The position numbers were made by a program, and so were the translations under genes. Below the pieces are notes generated by a model. The model was not told the DNA's origin, searched no databases, and saw only the letters and a list, made by a program, of their open reading frames with translations. A stretch of DNA of 64,000 bases from Geosiphon pyriformis uo1 (taxonomy: Eukaryota > Fungi > Glomeromycota): NCBI GenBank assembly GCA_016748015.1, contig JAAOMT010000741.1, positions 434,001-498,000 of the forward strand. The letters are read 5' to 3'. Positions 63,601-64,000 of the stretch are shown piece by piece. Position 1 is the stretch's first letter. Each line of letters starts with the position of its first letter.

Positions 63601-64000
63601 ATGTCAATAAATTCTGCCCTTGGTTCGCTCGGTGTTCTTAGTGGACAGCAATGGCTTGAAAAATCTATAAAAGATAAACACATTAAACTCTTAGAATATG
63701 AAAAATGTAAAATCCTTGAACCACTCGGGGAAGGTGGCTTTGGCCAAGTTTTTCGGGCTGAATGGCGTTATAATGCTTCATTGACCAGAACGTTTGCCAT
63801 AAAAAGTTTGAAAAGTTTAAAGCAAGCAACAGCAGATCAACAAGCCTACGAGGAAATAATAAAGGAGGTGAAGTACTCTATCTTCCGAGAAGAGGCTCAA
63901 ATTCAATTTTTCTTGTAGTGCTATTAAAAATCTTTAAATTTATTTGGTTTCTTTTTCTGCAGCTGCGACTTTTACGAGATACTTCTTTATTCCCCAGAAT
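63601..64000 (+). CDS. Protein kinase (Glomeromycotina TKL-like expansion type), 5' part, runs off the window
   Basis: WLEKSIKDKHIK..Y, GEGGFGQV, FAIKSL, alphaC E; intron ~63868-63962. Confidence 0.88.

Overview
Fungal genomic DNA, most likely Glomeromycotina (inferred from short introns, an AMF-type 'WLEKSIKDKHIK' kinase N-terminus and a Geosiphon-like gypsy landscape). Two compartments. (1) 1-6350 and 10600-43200: CpG-depleted, very AT-rich graveyard of nested retroelements around an intact 12-exon glycine decarboxylase gene (6559-10481). It holds three Ty3/gypsy LTR families with 4-bp TSDs and two copies of an ORF1-only, poly(A)-tailed non-LTR retroposon. One near-complete 10.1-kb gypsy element (15357-25451, minus) reads gag-PR-[Cys-rich insert]-dUTPase-RT-RH-IN plus an extra, unknown 3' ORF. 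(2) 43200-64000: gene-dense region with RMI1, a histidine phosphatase, NDUFB3, CCDC174, CNOT11, kynureninase, HUT1, a damaged CENP-N/CHL4 and a kinase. Between CNOT11 and kynureninase, largely missed by the ORF track, lies a frameshifted Fanzor2/IS607-TnpB-like RNA-guided nuclease relic with a terminal hairpin that could be its omegaRNA. All calls come from manual translation and motif recognition; no database searches were run.
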